64,000 bases of DNA from Candidatus Thorarchaeota archaeon (GTDB taxonomy: Archaea > Asgardarchaeota > Thorarchaeia > Thorarchaeales > Thorarchaeaceae), in the NCBI GenBank assembly GCA_046482545.1, contig JAWOEX010000028.1, forward strand, positions 295,778 through 359,777, in the 5' to 3' direction. Below, in pieces: positions 1 to 10,324 of this stretch. Position 1 is the stretch's first letter; every line of letters starts with the position of its first letter. The notes under the pieces were generated by a model. That model was not told the DNA's origin. It was given only the letters and a program-made list of their open reading frames with translations, and made no database searches. A program made the translations under genes and the position numbers.

Positions 1-7
1 GCTGGAC

Positions 8-985
8 ATGAACCTAGAGGATGTTGATCTCCGGTACGGGTATCATCTCGGATGCCCGGAATTGCGGGAACTAATAGCCGAGCAATACCAAGGCATCTCG
101 ATGGAAAATGTGGCAGTAACAACCGGAGCTAGTGAAGCCAACTTCGCAATTATCTCGCATCTTGTAGGCAAAGAGGATAATGTGGTGGTTGAGCACCCCA
201 CCTATCCCTCGCTGTATCAGGTTCCTCGATCACTGGAACGTGATTTGAGTCTCTTTCACCTGAAACGAGAAAATGAATTCAAGCCAGATTTGGGCGAGCT
301 TGAAAAACTTGTCAAGCCTGAAACAACCCTTATTTCTCTAACACATCCGAACAATCCAACAGGTTCAATGATCAGCGAAAATGAAATCAAAAAGGCAATA
401 GAAGTAGCCGAGAATGTTGATGCATACCTTCTGATGGATGAAACCTATCGGGATCTTACTTTCAAAGAGGCACCACCACAAGCAGCCACGCTGAGTTCTA
501 AAGCTATCAGCATAACGAGCATGTCCAAGGTATATGGTTTACCAGGAATTCGAATCGGCTGGGCGATTGCAGAGAAGCCAGTCATCCAAGCAATACGAGC
601 AGTCCGCGAGCAAATCACCATATGCAATTCTGCCCTTGGTGAAGCGATTGCAATTGAGGTGTTGAAGAGAAGATATGCCATAATCAACGATATGAAGGAT
701 ATGCTTTCTGATAACTATACTATCCTTAAGGAATGGATGGAAGGTCAAGACTGGCTTGAATGGATTGAACCGGAAGGTGGTATGGTGTGTGCGCCGTGGC
801 TCGCGAATGGAAAATCAACTAAGAATCTATGTCGGTTGCTTGCTGAGAAGTACCGCACATTCACAGTACCGGGCTATGGCCTTGAGATGGATAACCATCT
901 GAGAATTGGCTTTGGGGGCGAAAAGGAAGAGCTCATTGAAGGACTTGACCGCCTAGAAAGAGCACTGAAAAATCTCTATGAGTAG
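8..985 (+). CDS. Class I/II PLP-dependent aminotransferase (probably 5'-truncated by the window edge)
   Basis: Motifs PNNPTG, DETY and SMSKVYGLPGIRIGW (PLP lysine); the frame stays open back to position 2. Confidence 0.9.
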   Translation: MNLEDVDLRYGYHLGCPELRELIAEQYQGISMENVAVTTGASEANFAIISHLVGKEDNVVVEHPTYPSLYQVPRSLERDLSLFHLKRENEFKPDLGELEKLVKPETTLISLTHPNNPTGSMISENEIKKAIEVAENVDAYLLMDETYRDLTFKEAPPQAATLSSKAISITSMSKVYGLPGIRIGWAIAEKPVIQAIRAVREQITICNSALGEAIAIEVLKRRYAIINDMKDMLSDNYTILKEWMEGQDWLEWIEPEGGMVCAPWLANGKSTKNLCRLLAEKYRTFTVPGYGLEMDNHLRIGFGGEKEELIEGLDRLERALKNLYE

Positions 986-1082
986 ACTAGAGAAAAATGA
1001 CATTCATTCCTCTGCTTAGGGAAGCGGCTATATTTGTGGCGCTTATTATGCGGAGTACGGGATAAGCCTTGGATGGCATGAC

Positions 1083-1568
1083 TTGGAAGTCTCCAGTAGT
1101 CTACCGAATTGCAGCATGAAAGACTTGACCTCAATAGATCAACTCCAACCCCATTCTCGTAATGTCAATGTTCTTTTCCGCGTGTTGAAAATTCTCCCCA
1201 AAAGGAAGATTATCTCTACTCGGACTAGACGCTACCATCACCCTACCGAGATCATCATTGGGGATCCAACTGCTAAGATTCTGTTTGTTCTATGGGATCC
1301 TGTACAAGATTTGGGATGCGGAGGTGTCTTTCTTCTTCATGATGCAAGAATTCGTATGTACGATTGCTCAATGAGACTTCTTGAAACTATGAAGAGCACA
1401 TTGAGGAAATGCCCAGAGATGAATATCCGTGTTGACACTAATCGGGACATGAGCAAGCCATTTGCCTGGAAGCAGAGGAAAGAACAAGGAATAGAATCTA
1501 TAGCTCGCTCATTTTCAGGTAAAGAATCTCCGGAAGACAAAGGGTACTGTTCGTGGAAAGAATTCTGA
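1083..1568 (+). CDS. OB-fold, SSB/RPA-like nucleic-acid-binding protein
   Basis: Pattern I.QL.P...NVNV.F.VL...IIGDPTAKI.FVLWD resembles archaeal SSB OB folds. Confidence 0.6.
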   Translation: MEVSSSLPNCSMKDLTSIDQLQPHSRNVNVLFRVLKILPKRKIISTRTRRYHHPTEIIIGDPTAKILFVLWDPVQDLGCGGVFLLHDARIRMYDCSMRLLETMKSTLRKCPEMNIRVDTNRDMSKPFAWKQRKEQGIESIARSFSGKESPEDKGYCSWKEF

Positions 1569-1605
1569 AGATAAGCGTCTCAATTAGAATGCCTTTTGAG
1601 GATGT

Positions 1606-2544
1606 ATGAATACGATAATCAGGGTGGAAATACTGAGAATCAAAATCAAGGGTAAACCTACTCTCTATCCAGAAGCCGCAATTAGAGGAAGATTGAGACT
1701 TAGTGGATTGGATCATAAGGCAACCGAACAAGTGCTGACGCAGATTCTCAGAAAGCTTCCCGAAGAAAAGCATCTCACTGAACAGAGACTTTTCGAAATT
1801 CTTCGGGACAAGCTTGCAGGTGAAGCCAAGAAACGCTTCGATACAGTAACCAAGTACTACAGTATCAGACGGAATGAGCCTCAGGTACCACCCCTGTTCG
1901 TGGCTGTCGAGGGGGCATCTGCGACAGGGAAATCAATGCTGGCATTAGAACTCGCTTCAATCTTGGTTACTACAAGGATTATTGGTACCGATACTATTCG
2001 GCTGTTGATGCGACAGCAGACTGACGAAAAGAAACATCCTGAGTTGTTCTGTCATACATATCAAGCGCATGCGTACAAACGGGCAGGTCCAGACTCGCTC
2101 GATAGAATCGTACGGGGATATTTGGGTCAATGCAATTTGATGAAACCGGTAATCTTCGGGTTGACACAGCGAATCATCAAAGAAGGAGCCTCGGGTCTGA
2201 TTGAGGGGGTTCATATCATACCTGGCCAGTTAGAAAAGCTGTCCGATAGTATCATCGAGGTTGTCATCAATCCTCAAATCAAAGTGCATAAGCAGATGTT
2301 CTTCAGCAAAGGCATTACAGAGAAGATTACCACCGTAGATACAGACACCAGCAAGCGCGAACGTGAATTCCACGCTACCAGAAAGATACAGGAATTCATG
2401 CTAGAACGAGCAAAGCAAAACGGTGTATCCATTATTGGCCTAAAGAATTTCGAAGACGCTACTGAAAACCTCATTGATCTTCTCTATGATAGAGTAGAGA
2501 ACATAATCGGGAAATACGGTACAGCAGGACCTAGAACAGGATAG
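1606..2544 (+). CDS. 2-phosphoglycerate kinase-like P-loop protein with an N-terminal ATP-cone-like region
   Basis: Walker A GASATGKS, IGTDTIR and IEGVHIIP, typical of the archaeal 2PG kinase family. Confidence 0.75.
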   Translation: MNTIIRVEILRIKIKGKPTLYPEAAIRGRLRLSGLDHKATEQVLTQILRKLPEEKHLTEQRLFEILRDKLAGEAKKRFDTVTKYYSIRRNEPQVPPLFVAVEGASATGKSMLALELASILVTTRIIGTDTIRLLMRQQTDEKKHPELFCHTYQAHAYKRAGPDSLDRIVRGYLGQCNLMKPVIFGLTQRIIKEGASGLIEGVHIIPGQLEKLSDSIIEVVINPQIKVHKQMFFSKGITEKITTVDTDTSKREREFHATRKIQEFMLERAKQNGVSIIGLKNFEDATENLIDLLYDRVENIIGKYGTAGPRTG

Positions 2545-2589
2545 AGCGGCTCAGGTTGGAGCTCCCTGCTGGAGATTTCCCGAGCCGCT
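2545..2589 (-). terminator. GC-rich stem-loop between convergent genes (ferredoxin 3' side)
   Basis: Minus strand AGCGGCUCGGG...CCUGAGCCGCU forms 11 bp with one G-U pair; inner CUCC/GGAG helix. Confidence 0.5.
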
Positions 2590-2631
2590 TGCTTGCGTGG
2601 TTTTTGTACTTTGAATAGCGATTCGTGCTTT

Positions 2632-2844
2632 CTAGCACGAACTATGTGTTATCGCCATTTCTGGGCAATTTTCAACACAGGCACAGCACTCAATGCATTC
2701 ATCTACAAGTGGTGCAGTTGCCTTTTCATCAACGAGCTCAAAGACTGCTGTGGGACATACGTCAACACAGACAGCTGCCCCCACGCACTTGTCATGATCG
2801 ATTTCGATTTCTATACCAAGTTCTTCTGATTCATAGACCGGCAT
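2632..2844 (-). CDS. Ferredoxin, 70 aa, probably [3Fe-4S][4Fe-4S]
   Basis: CxxAxxCxxxCP and CxxCxxCxxxCP motifs; start taken at ATG 2844 (MPVYE...), not the longer ORF-track start. Confidence 0.9.
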   Translation of the reverse strand: MPVYESEELGIEIEIDHDKCVGAAVCVDVCPTAVFELVDEKATAPLVDECIECCACVENCPEMAITHSSC

Positions 2845-2981
2845 TTTTTTACACATCCGAGTCATTTTTTGAGTTTCAGGGTATCTTATAAGCATGGAGT
2901 ATCCGGCTACTATTGCGAAGACGCCAAGAGAGTGAATGGATGACGCATTAACCAAGATGAGTTGCAAAGAGGTAACTACAC

Positions 2982-4373
2982 TTGAGCTGGAAGAAAGCAT
3001 CAATTCATAAGCTTTTCAATCCCGAAAGCATCGCTGTGATTGGAGCCTCACCAAGGCCTGAAAGCCTAGGTGCTTTGACCTTCACAGCTTTGACCAAGTA
3101 TAGCGGCAAGAAGTATCTCGTAAACCCACGGTATCAGCAGATTGGTGATATGAGATGCTATAAGTCAGTTCTTGATGTGCCAGACGAAATTGACCTTGCC
3201 ATTCTGGCACTTGGGGCGTCTCATGTTCTAGATGTGGTGAGAGAATGTGCTGAGAAGCAAGCTCAATCAGCAATCATTTTTGCTGCTGGTTTCAAAGAAC
3301 TGGGTGGAAGGGGCAAAAAACTACAGACGGAACTCAAAAGGGTTGCCAATGATGGAGAGATAGCAGTCATAGGACCCAATTGCCTTGGTGCGGGCAATGT
3401 CCGCTTGGACCTCAACGCTACATTCTTTCCACATCCGGCCCCACTCGAAAACGGTAGCGTGTCTGTCATAAGCCAGTCAGGAGGTGTTTCTGGTTTGATG
3501 CTGTACAGGGCATCCGAAGCAGGCGTGGGCATTTCCAAGTTTGCAAGTATTGGGAACAGAGTGAATGTCGATTTCAATGACCTTCTTAGATACTTCAGAA
3601 CTGACCCCGAGACAAAAGTTGTCTGCCTGTTTGTTGAAGGTACTGGCGATGCCCGACTCATGTATGAAGAAATGCGGAAGACAACCAATGAGAAAGACGT
3701 AGTTGTTTACAAAGTTGGCAAAACTCCTGCATCCAAGAAAGCTGCATTGAGTCACACGGGTAGCCTTGCTGGAAACGCTACGCTCTATTCCGCGGCTTTC
3801 AGACAGGCTCGCGCCGTTGAAGTTGACAGCATACAAGAGATGATGGATTCAGCAAAGGTTTTGTCTGTACAAATGGCCAGTGAAAGAGGAAAGAAAGTAG
3901 CAGTCATAACCCATAGCCTAGGTATTGCACTGATAGCAGCACAGAAGCTTGAACAACATGGTATGCATCTTCCCGAACCTTCACCAGGAACAGTAACTGC
4001 AATCAGAAATCTTCTGGACATGAATGTCGAGATTCCGGTGTCCAATCCGGTGGACTTGCTGGCTAAAGGATGGGCAGAGCCAGATGTGTTCGCAAAAGCA
4101 TTCGATGTCGTTCTCAATGACAATACCTATGATGCGATACTAACTGTATTCAGCCCCAACTTCCAAGAGGGAATTGGAGGGGGGATGCCCGCCCAAGCAG
4201 TAGTTGATGCAAAGAGGGGCAGCAACAAGCCTGTGGTCAGCGTCCTCAATGCTCCACGGAGTCATGTTCCACATGGAAAAAATGTACTCGAAGATGGCGG
4301 TATTCCCACCTTTGCAAGCCCTGAGAGGGCGGCAATTGCTCTATCAACACTCCTTGCAGGAAAGACCAGATAG
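2982..4373 (+). CDS. Acyl/acetate-CoA ligase (ADP-forming) alpha subunit
   Basis: FNPESIAVIGAS CoA-binding start, IGPNCLG, SQSGG and the phospho-His motif SHTGSLAG. Confidence 0.9.
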   Translation: MSWKKASIHKLFNPESIAVIGASPRPESLGALTFTALTKYSGKKYLVNPRYQQIGDMRCYKSVLDVPDEIDLAILALGASHVLDVVRECAEKQAQSAIIFAAGFKELGGRGKKLQTELKRVANDGEIAVIGPNCLGAGNVRLDLNATFFPHPAPLENGSVSVISQSGGVSGLMLYRASEAGVGISKFASIGNRVNVDFNDLLRYFRTDPETKVVCLFVEGTGDARLMYEEMRKTTNEKDVVVYKVGKTPASKKAALSHTGSLAGNATLYSAAFRQARAVEVDSIQEMMDSAKVLSVQMASERGKKVAVITHSLGIALIAAQKLEQHGMHLPEPSPGTVTAIRNLLDMNVEIPVSNPVDLLAKGWAEPDVFAKAFDVVLNDNTYDAILTVFSPNFQEGIGGGMPAQAVVDAKRGSNKPVVSVLNAPRSHVPHGKNVLEDGGIPTFASPERAAIALSTLLAGKTR

Positions 4374-4405
4374 TGTGCGCATTGTATTCAAAACAAAAGA
4401 ATATG

Positions 4406-4786
4406 TCACCACTCATTGGAGAAGAATACAAGCCAAGCTACAACGGCTTCGAGGACATCCGTGGGGGCTCTATCAAGCCTGAATATGGTCGATCCCGATG
4501 GAGTCATAATGGAAGAGCTGCTTAGCCGGAATTTTGTAGACCCAGAAGAAGTCATGACGGTTGAATCATCGTATCTGGCTAAGGTACTACCAGATGAATC
4601 GAGAATGCTTCCGCCTTGAATGCTTCCCAGAGTCCTCCCTGCATCATCAAGAACACAATCTGAGAGAAATTCGCATAGAATACGTCGTGAGGAATCACGG
4701 ACCTCCTCATCTTCAATGTATGCAAGAGTTGAACCGCTGATGTTCCGAAGAATCATAGACCCATCACAAGGTTTCATCAGACGCAT
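4406..4786 (-). CDS. Small protein made of ~15-aa beta-hairpin repeats (beta-flower-like)
   Basis: Repeating units such as ILDSSGSTLARY, VMTSSGSTKFRL, IMTPSGSTIFRL, followed by a hydrophobic C-terminal helix. Confidence 0.6.
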   Translation of the reverse strand: MRLMKPCDGSMILRNISGSTLAYIEDEEVRDSSRRILCEFLSDCVLDDAGRTLGSIQGGSILDSSGSTLARYDDSTVMTSSGSTKFRLSSSSIMTPSGSTIFRLDRAPTDVLEAVVAWLVFFSNEW

Positions 4787-4881
4787 ACAATTTTAGTGTA
4801 TTCTTAGAAAAACCTTCATGACGCGACAATGGGAAGATACTAAATGGGGAAGGTCATGGTGAAGTTGAATGGGGATGACGA

Positions 4882-5550
4882 TTGTCGGACTCTGAAAATG
4901 AAGGAAAAAGGGATATTGACCTCATATCTAATGATAGTGATACCACATTTTTTGAGAGTATTATGCATCAGCTAGAAATAACTGGGGGTACCCAAATTGC
5001 TAGGCGATACCTGGCTATGAACGCTTTTGACGGGATTTTACCCGTGGTTGGAATCATTATGGGCGGTTTCATATCGCTCGCAAATCAAAATTCTCAACTC
5101 GTTTTCGAGACAATTTTGCTGAGCTCAATAGGAACAGCCATAGCGATGTTCGTATCAGGTATAACGAGCTCGTACTTGACTGAGCAAGCTGAAAGGAAAC
5201 GAGATGTGAAGGAACTCGAAAAATCTATGCTCTCAGACATGGGTCATACTGTCTATGCAAAGGCCAGCAGGACAACAACTATCGTAGTCTCAATCATTAA
5301 CGGTATATCGCCTACCTTTGCAGCTCTCGGAACTATCACACCTATGTTCATCGCGCTTACAGGCCTCCTAGACTATGTAGTTTCAATGTATGCCTCAATT
5401 GTCGCTGGACTGATTCTTCTTTACGCGTTGGGCATGTTTTTGGGAAAAATATCCAAGGTGAATCTTTGGATTGCAGGTCTCAAGACTCTGGCTGCCGGAT
5501 TCCTGACAGTAATCCTCATGATAATAATCTCCATACTTACTTCCACTTGA
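4882..5550 (+). CDS. VIT1/CCC1 family (archaeal TIGR00267-like) Fe/Mn transporter
   Basis: ARRYLAMNAFDGIL and SSYLTEQAER motifs; several TM helices. Confidence 0.8.
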   Translation: MSDSENEGKRDIDLISNDSDTTFFESIMHQLEITGGTQIARRYLAMNAFDGILPVVGIIMGGFISLANQNSQLVFETILLSSIGTAIAMFVSGITSSYLTEQAERKRDVKELEKSMLSDMGHTVYAKASRTTTIVVSIINGISPTFAALGTITPMFIALTGLLDYVVSMYASIVAGLILLYALGMFLGKISKVNLWIAGLKTLAAGFLTVILMIIISILTST

Positions 5551-5565
5551 AGTGCCTGCCATGTG

Positions 5566-6110
5566 ATGATATTGTGAGAAAAGAAGCCCCGCTGTTTCGG
5601 TTGTGACGATGGTAAGAGCAACTTCACTGAACGAATCGACGATGAGCTTGAGCTAACCAGTTGGATTGAAGTACCATGAAGACATGTCGCCCTTGAGGTA
5701 TTTGAAGGTGTATTGCCTATACTGGAACTGAGTACGGCAAGCGTCATATCATTATATGTTGAGCCTGAATTTTTCGGCTTCGAGCCGATTCTTTTGGCGT
5801 CACTTGATACAAGTGTGATAACGTTCCTCGCAGGTTTCAGTACATTGTATCTCACCGAAGAGGCAAAATGAAAAATCATACTGGTGGAACTCGAATTTTT
5901 TAGATAAGGAGAACACAACCACAGCACCCTAATGAATAGGAAAGGACACTGGTCGTTTCCCCGCATTGATGGACTAACATCTTAATGCAATACCCATCTT
6001 CATAACCCCGCTTTTCTTCGTTTTCTCCCGCTGGTTGCAACCATTACACATTTTCTATCGCTCGTTCATTATGCGACTCATTCTGTTGATTATATACATC
6101 ATCTCTACGG
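5566..6110 (+). pseudogene. Degraded tandem paralog of the VIT1/CCC1 gene (3' end approximate)
   Basis: Frame 1 reads ELELTSWIEVP*RHVALEVFEGVLPI...LYLTEEAK*KIILVELE, aligning with QLEITGGTQIARRYLAMNAFDGILPV...SYLTEQAERKRDVKELE; stops at 5575, 5677, 5869 and 5905. Confidence 0.8.
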
Positions 6111-6184
6111 CGACTGATGCTCCGCAACACTGAACCCAAAACCTATTTCTTGCAAACCACGAACCCCAGAGGTGGAGACCTATC

Positions 6185-8782
6185 TTGAATAAACTCACTC
6201 CGATGCAAAGCCAATATTTAGAGCTCAAAAGGCAGCACCAAGACTGCCTTCTGTTATTCAGGCTAGGTGATTTCTATGAGCTCTTCAATGAAGATGCAGA
6301 GATAGCGTCCCAAATTTTGGATATCGTCCTCACTTCTCGGGGCGAAGGGGTGGATAGCTGGCCGATGTGCGGTGTGCCCTATCATTCAGTAGAACAGTAT
6401 ATAGCAGAATTGCTTGAGGCTGGACATACTGTTGCTTTGGCGGACCAAGTAGAAGATTCGTCAGAAGCAAAGGGGCTTGTTCGAAGAGAAGTCGTACGTG
6501 TAATCACTCCAGGCACTGTATTAGAGAGTTCCATGCTCGAAAGCAGCGCCAACAATTACTTAACAGCCATGGTTGTCCATGAAGAGATGGTGGGGCTTGC
6601 TGCTGTTGACATATCCACAGGCGAATTCATAGCAACCCAATTCAAAGCCCTCCCTGAAAGCGAGGTATTGATGAGTGAGCTTGCAAGATTAAATCCATCC
6701 GAGCTCCTCCTTCCCGAGTCTATGGCCGGGAAAAAAGTGGTCAAAGAGTTGCGGGAAGGAGTGAAAAAGGTTGACTTTAGAAAGGATCTTGATTTTTCAT
6801 CTAAGACAGCCGAAAGAACAGTCAAGGAGCAGTTTGGTGTGACCACACTGGATGGCTATGGTCTCGCCGACAAACCTGTTGCCTTGGGTGCAGTGGGTGC
6901 AGTTCTGGCCTATCTCTCTGAAGTGCACAGAGGACAGAAAGCCGCTTTGACAGGAATAAGAACCTATTCGATTAAGGATCATATGACGATTGATGCCATT
7001 ACTCAGCGTAATCTGGAACTTGTAAAAAATGCAAGAGATGGTTCTACCCGCGGCACATTGCTTTCAGTTCTGTCTGAGACTAGTACGCCCATGGGTCGAA
7101 GAAAACTCAAACAGTGGATGCTTCAGCCTCTCATGGACACGGAGAAAATCAACAATCGACTTGACGCTGTTGAAGAAATGGCGAGGTCAGCCATCGCCAG
7201 AAAGAACATTTCGGACAAGCTTGACAAAATCGGTGATTTTGAACGTCTCGTCAGTAGGATTGCCTTCGGTACAGCAAATGGACGGGACCTAGTTTCTCTC
7301 AGAGCCATTCTTGCCAGAATCCCTGACATTGAAGAAACCCTTCAGGGCTGTGATTGTTCGCTTTTTGAGTCAGCAGCTGATTCCATAGAATCGCTAGATG
7401 ATTTGAGAACCACACTTGTACAAGCAATTGTTGATGACCCGCCAGCAACTGTGAAGGAAGGAGGGATAATCAAAGAGGGGTATGACGACCAGCTGGACTC
7501 CATGAAAGCTGAGATAGCAGCTGACAAAGAATGGATCAGAGACCTACAGGGTAAAGAGAGAAAACGAACAGGCATAAAGTCGCTGAAAGTTGGCTATAAC
7601 AAGGTCTTTGGCTACTACTTGGAAGTAACCAACGCCAATACTGACAAGGTTCCACCGGAGTATGAACGGAAGCAAACGTTAACCAATTCCGAGAGATACA
7701 TTACGCCGGAGCTAAAGGAAAAAGAAGCAACTGTTCTCGCCGGGGAGGAGAAAATCAACCAGCTCGAGTACGAATTATATGAACAGCTGCGGTCAAACGT
7801 GAAGGAAAGGGTCAAGCCATTGCGAAGGAATTCTCAAGCTATCGCCTTGGCGGATGTAATTGTGTCCTTAGCAGAAGTAGCGGTGAAGAGAGGATACAAC
7901 CGGCCAAAGGTAGTAGAAGATAAGATCATCCGTGTGGTAGAAGGACGGCATCCTGCAATGGAAGTGGCTCTGGGCAGAAATGAGTTCGTGCCAAACAGCC
8001 TGAGTATGGGAGAAGACGGTACCACATTACTGATTCTAACTGGCCCAAACATGGGCGGCAAAAGCACCTATATGCGCCAAAACGCATTGATTGTTCTACT
8101 TGCTCAGATGGGGTCGTTTGTACCTGCTAAGAAAGCAACCATCGGCTTGTGCGACCGTATTTTCACGCGTGTTGGTGCCTTTGATGATTTGACTGCCAGT
8201 CAATCAACCTTCATGGTTGAGATGATTGAGACTGCCAATATCCTGAACAACGCTACTGAACGAAGTTTGGTCATACTTGACGAAGTTGGTAGAGGAACAA
8301 GTACCTATGATGGTATGGCTCTGGCATGGGCAGTAGCGGAAGAGATTGCCAAAATGAAGACACGGACCCTCTTCGCCACGCATTATCACCATTTAACAGA
8401 AATGGCCGAAGATTACCACGGGGTCAAAAACGTCCATACTCTGGCGAAAGAAGCAGGTGATGATATCGTATTTCTCTACAAAGTTGTCGCCGGTGCCACC
8501 GATGAAAGCTATGGTGTTCATGTGGCATCATTGGCCGGGGTACCAGACCCAGTAGTGACCAGAGCTGCGGAAATGCTAAGGAAATTCGAAAACGAGAAAC
8601 CAGCGGCAGCCAATCTTGATACAAGTGAAGAAGCTGTTGTCCAGCAGATGAGTTTGGAACCGCTGACAGTGGAAGATCCTATTCTCGAAGAAATCAAGAA
8701 TATGGACTTGGACAGAACAACACCGATAGACTCTCTTCTTGCATTGAGAGAGTTCCAAGAACGGATTCGTGATAGGGAATAG
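6185..8782 (+). CDS. mutS: DNA mismatch repair protein MutS1
   Basis: TPM..QY, FRLGDFYELF, TGPNMGGKSTYMRQ, STFMVEM, DEVGRGTST, FATHYH. Confidence 0.98.
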   Translation: MNKLTPMQSQYLELKRQHQDCLLLFRLGDFYELFNEDAEIASQILDIVLTSRGEGVDSWPMCGVPYHSVEQYIAELLEAGHTVALADQVEDSSEAKGLVRREVVRVITPGTVLESSMLESSANNYLTAMVVHEEMVGLAAVDISTGEFIATQFKALPESEVLMSELARLNPSELLLPESMAGKKVVKELREGVKKVDFRKDLDFSSKTAERTVKEQFGVTTLDGYGLADKPVALGAVGAVLAYLSEVHRGQKAALTGIRTYSIKDHMTIDAITQRNLELVKNARDGSTRGTLLSVLSETSTPMGRRKLKQWMLQPLMDTEKINNRLDAVEEMARSAIARKNISDKLDKIGDFERLVSRIAFGTANGRDLVSLRAILARIPDIEETLQGCDCSLFESAADSIESLDDLRTTLVQAIVDDPPATVKEGGIIKEGYDDQLDSMKAEIAADKEWIRDLQGKERKRTGIKSLKVGYNKVFGYYLEVTNANTDKVPPEYERKQTLTNSERYITPELKEKEATVLAGEEKINQLEYELYEQLRSNVKERVKPLRRNSQAIALADVIVSLAEVAVKRGYNRPKVVEDKIIRVVEGRHPAMEVALGRNEFVPNSLSMGEDGTTLLILTGPNMGGKSTYMRQNALIVLLAQMGSFVPAKKATIGLCDRIFTRVGAFDDLTASQSTFMVEMIETANILNNATERSLVILDEVGRGTSTYDGMALAWAVAEEIAKMKTRTLFATHYHHLTEMAEDYHGVKNVHTLAKEAGDDIVFLYKVVAGATDESYGVHVASLAGVPDPVVTRAAEMLRKFENEKPAAANLDTSEEAVVQQMSLEPLTVEDPILEEIKNMDLDRTTPIDSLLALREFQERIRDRE

Positions 8783-8889
8783 TGCCACATAACTGAATTC
8801 CGCATGGACGATGAGCCAAGGCTTTAATCACCGCCGAATCATATATACGGGGGAATCCTGTAGTCTCACATAGAGAGGTTTGAAAAACA

Positions 8890-9552
8890 TTGGATGTTCT
8901 CATTTCTCCATCGATACTCTCAGCTGATTTCGCCCGGCTTCAAGAAGACATTCGAAAAGCCGAAGCAGGAAATCCAGACTATTTTCACCTTGATATTATG
9001 GACGGCCATTTCGTGCCGAATATCTCGTACGGTCCGATTATGGCCGAGACAATGAAGAGAATAACAGACAAACCGCTCGACGCACATCTAATGATAACCA
9101 ATCCTGACAAGTACATCCCCGACTTTGTGGACGCGGGTGTCGAAATCATCTACCCGCAAATTGAAGCAACCTACGACATATTCAGGACTGTTCAGTTGAT
9201 ACGAGACCTTGGAGCCACGGCAGGAATCACTTTGAATCCTGGAACTCCAGTAGATCAGGTAATTCCTTTGCTTGAGTTGGTGGACTACATCATGATCATG
9301 AGCGTCTGCCCGGGCTTTGGAGGGCAAGAGTTCATTGAATTGTCGATACCCCGCATCACAAAACTCAGAGGTATTCTTGATGAATACAAACCGGAAATCA
9401 AGATAGCAGTTGATGGAGGAATTGGAGTCTCAAACATTGGTCGGCTTCACGAGGCGGGGGCAGAATTTTTCATCGCTGGTTCAGCCATATTCAAAGCGGG
9501 AGACATAGGACAGGCAGTTGAGGATTTGAGGAACACAGCTAAGAATCATTGA
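8890..9552 (+). CDS. rpe: Ribulose-phosphate 3-epimerase
   Basis: [31 protein letters not shown]. Confidence 0.97.
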   Translation: MDVLISPSILSADFARLQEDIRKAEAGNPDYFHLDIMDGHFVPNISYGPIMAETMKRITDKPLDAHLMITNPDKYIPDFVDAGVEIIYPQIEATYDIFRTVQLIRDLGATAGITLNPGTPVDQVIPLLELVDYIMIMSVCPGFGGQEFIELSIPRITKLRGILDEYKPEIKIAVDGGIGVSNIGRLHEAGAEFFIAGSAIFKAGDIGQAVEDLRNTAKNH

Positions 9553-9661
9553 GTATGGTCATATCATACCAGGAACCAAAACGAATATCATCAAGCTTTG
9601 TGTTTGGAGAAGACAAGAAGATATAACCGACAACCTGAAGCGTAATCAAGAGCTGATAAAG

Positions 9662-10306
9662 ATGAAATTCTTCATAGATACCGCTAACGTAGAAGCAATC
9701 AGGAAGGCCCATGAACGAGGCATGGTTGATGGAGTCACAACGAACCCAACGCTCGTATCAAGGGAGGGTAGAGACTTCAGAGAACTCGTTGACGAAATAG
9801 CCTCTTTTGTAGACGGGCCAATAAGCTTGGAAGTCATCAGTGAAGATGCTGAAGGGATGATTGAAGAAGCACGTGACCTTAACACATGGATTGATAATGC
9901 TGCAATCAAGATACCCATGACGTGGGAAGGCTTGAAGGCCGTTAGAGTCCTCTCTAGGGAAGGAATTGCTACTAACGTGACATTGTGCTTCAGTCCAAAT
10001 CAAGCACTTCTCGCTGCCAAGGCAGGTGCATCATTCGTTTCACCGTTTATAGGACGGTTGGACGATGTTGGCCACACAGGGATGCAGATTGTTGTCGATA
10101 TCAAGGAAATCTATGATAATTTCGATTTTGATACCGAGATTATCGTAGCGAGTATTAGGCATCCACTTCATGTCTATGAATCTGCTGTCGTTGGCGCTGA
10201 CATAGCCACTATCCCTCCAGCAGTCCTTGACAAAATGGTGAATCACCCGCTCACAGATGTCGGAATCGAACGCTTCCTTGATGACTGGAAGAGCATGAAG
10301 GAATAA
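9662..10306 (+). CDS. Transaldolase / fructose-6-phosphate aldolase (short TalC/FSA type)
   Basis: [37 protein letters not shown]. Confidence 0.95.
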   Translation: MKFFIDTANVEAIRKAHERGMVDGVTTNPTLVSREGRDFRELVDEIASFVDGPISLEVISEDAEGMIEEARDLNTWIDNAAIKIPMTWEGLKAVRVLSREGIATNVTLCFSPNQALLAAKAGASFVSPFIGRLDDVGHTGMQIVVDIKEIYDNFDFDTEIIVASIRHPLHVYESAVVGADIATIPPAVLDKMVNHPLTDVGIERFLDDWKSMKE

Positions 10307-10324
10307 TCCCAAGCTGTGGTTAAG

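Noticed and set aside
2545-2589. Hairpin in the ferredoxin 3' region as a SECIS element
   Set aside because: The ferredoxin has no in-frame UGA (it ends in TAG), and the hairpin lacks the AUGA/GA core.
5548-5907. In-frame TGAs as selenocysteine or stop-codon recoding producing a double-VIT1 fusion
   Set aside because: The TGAs align to Arg rather than Cys, TAA stops follow, and many other genes in the window end normally at TGA.
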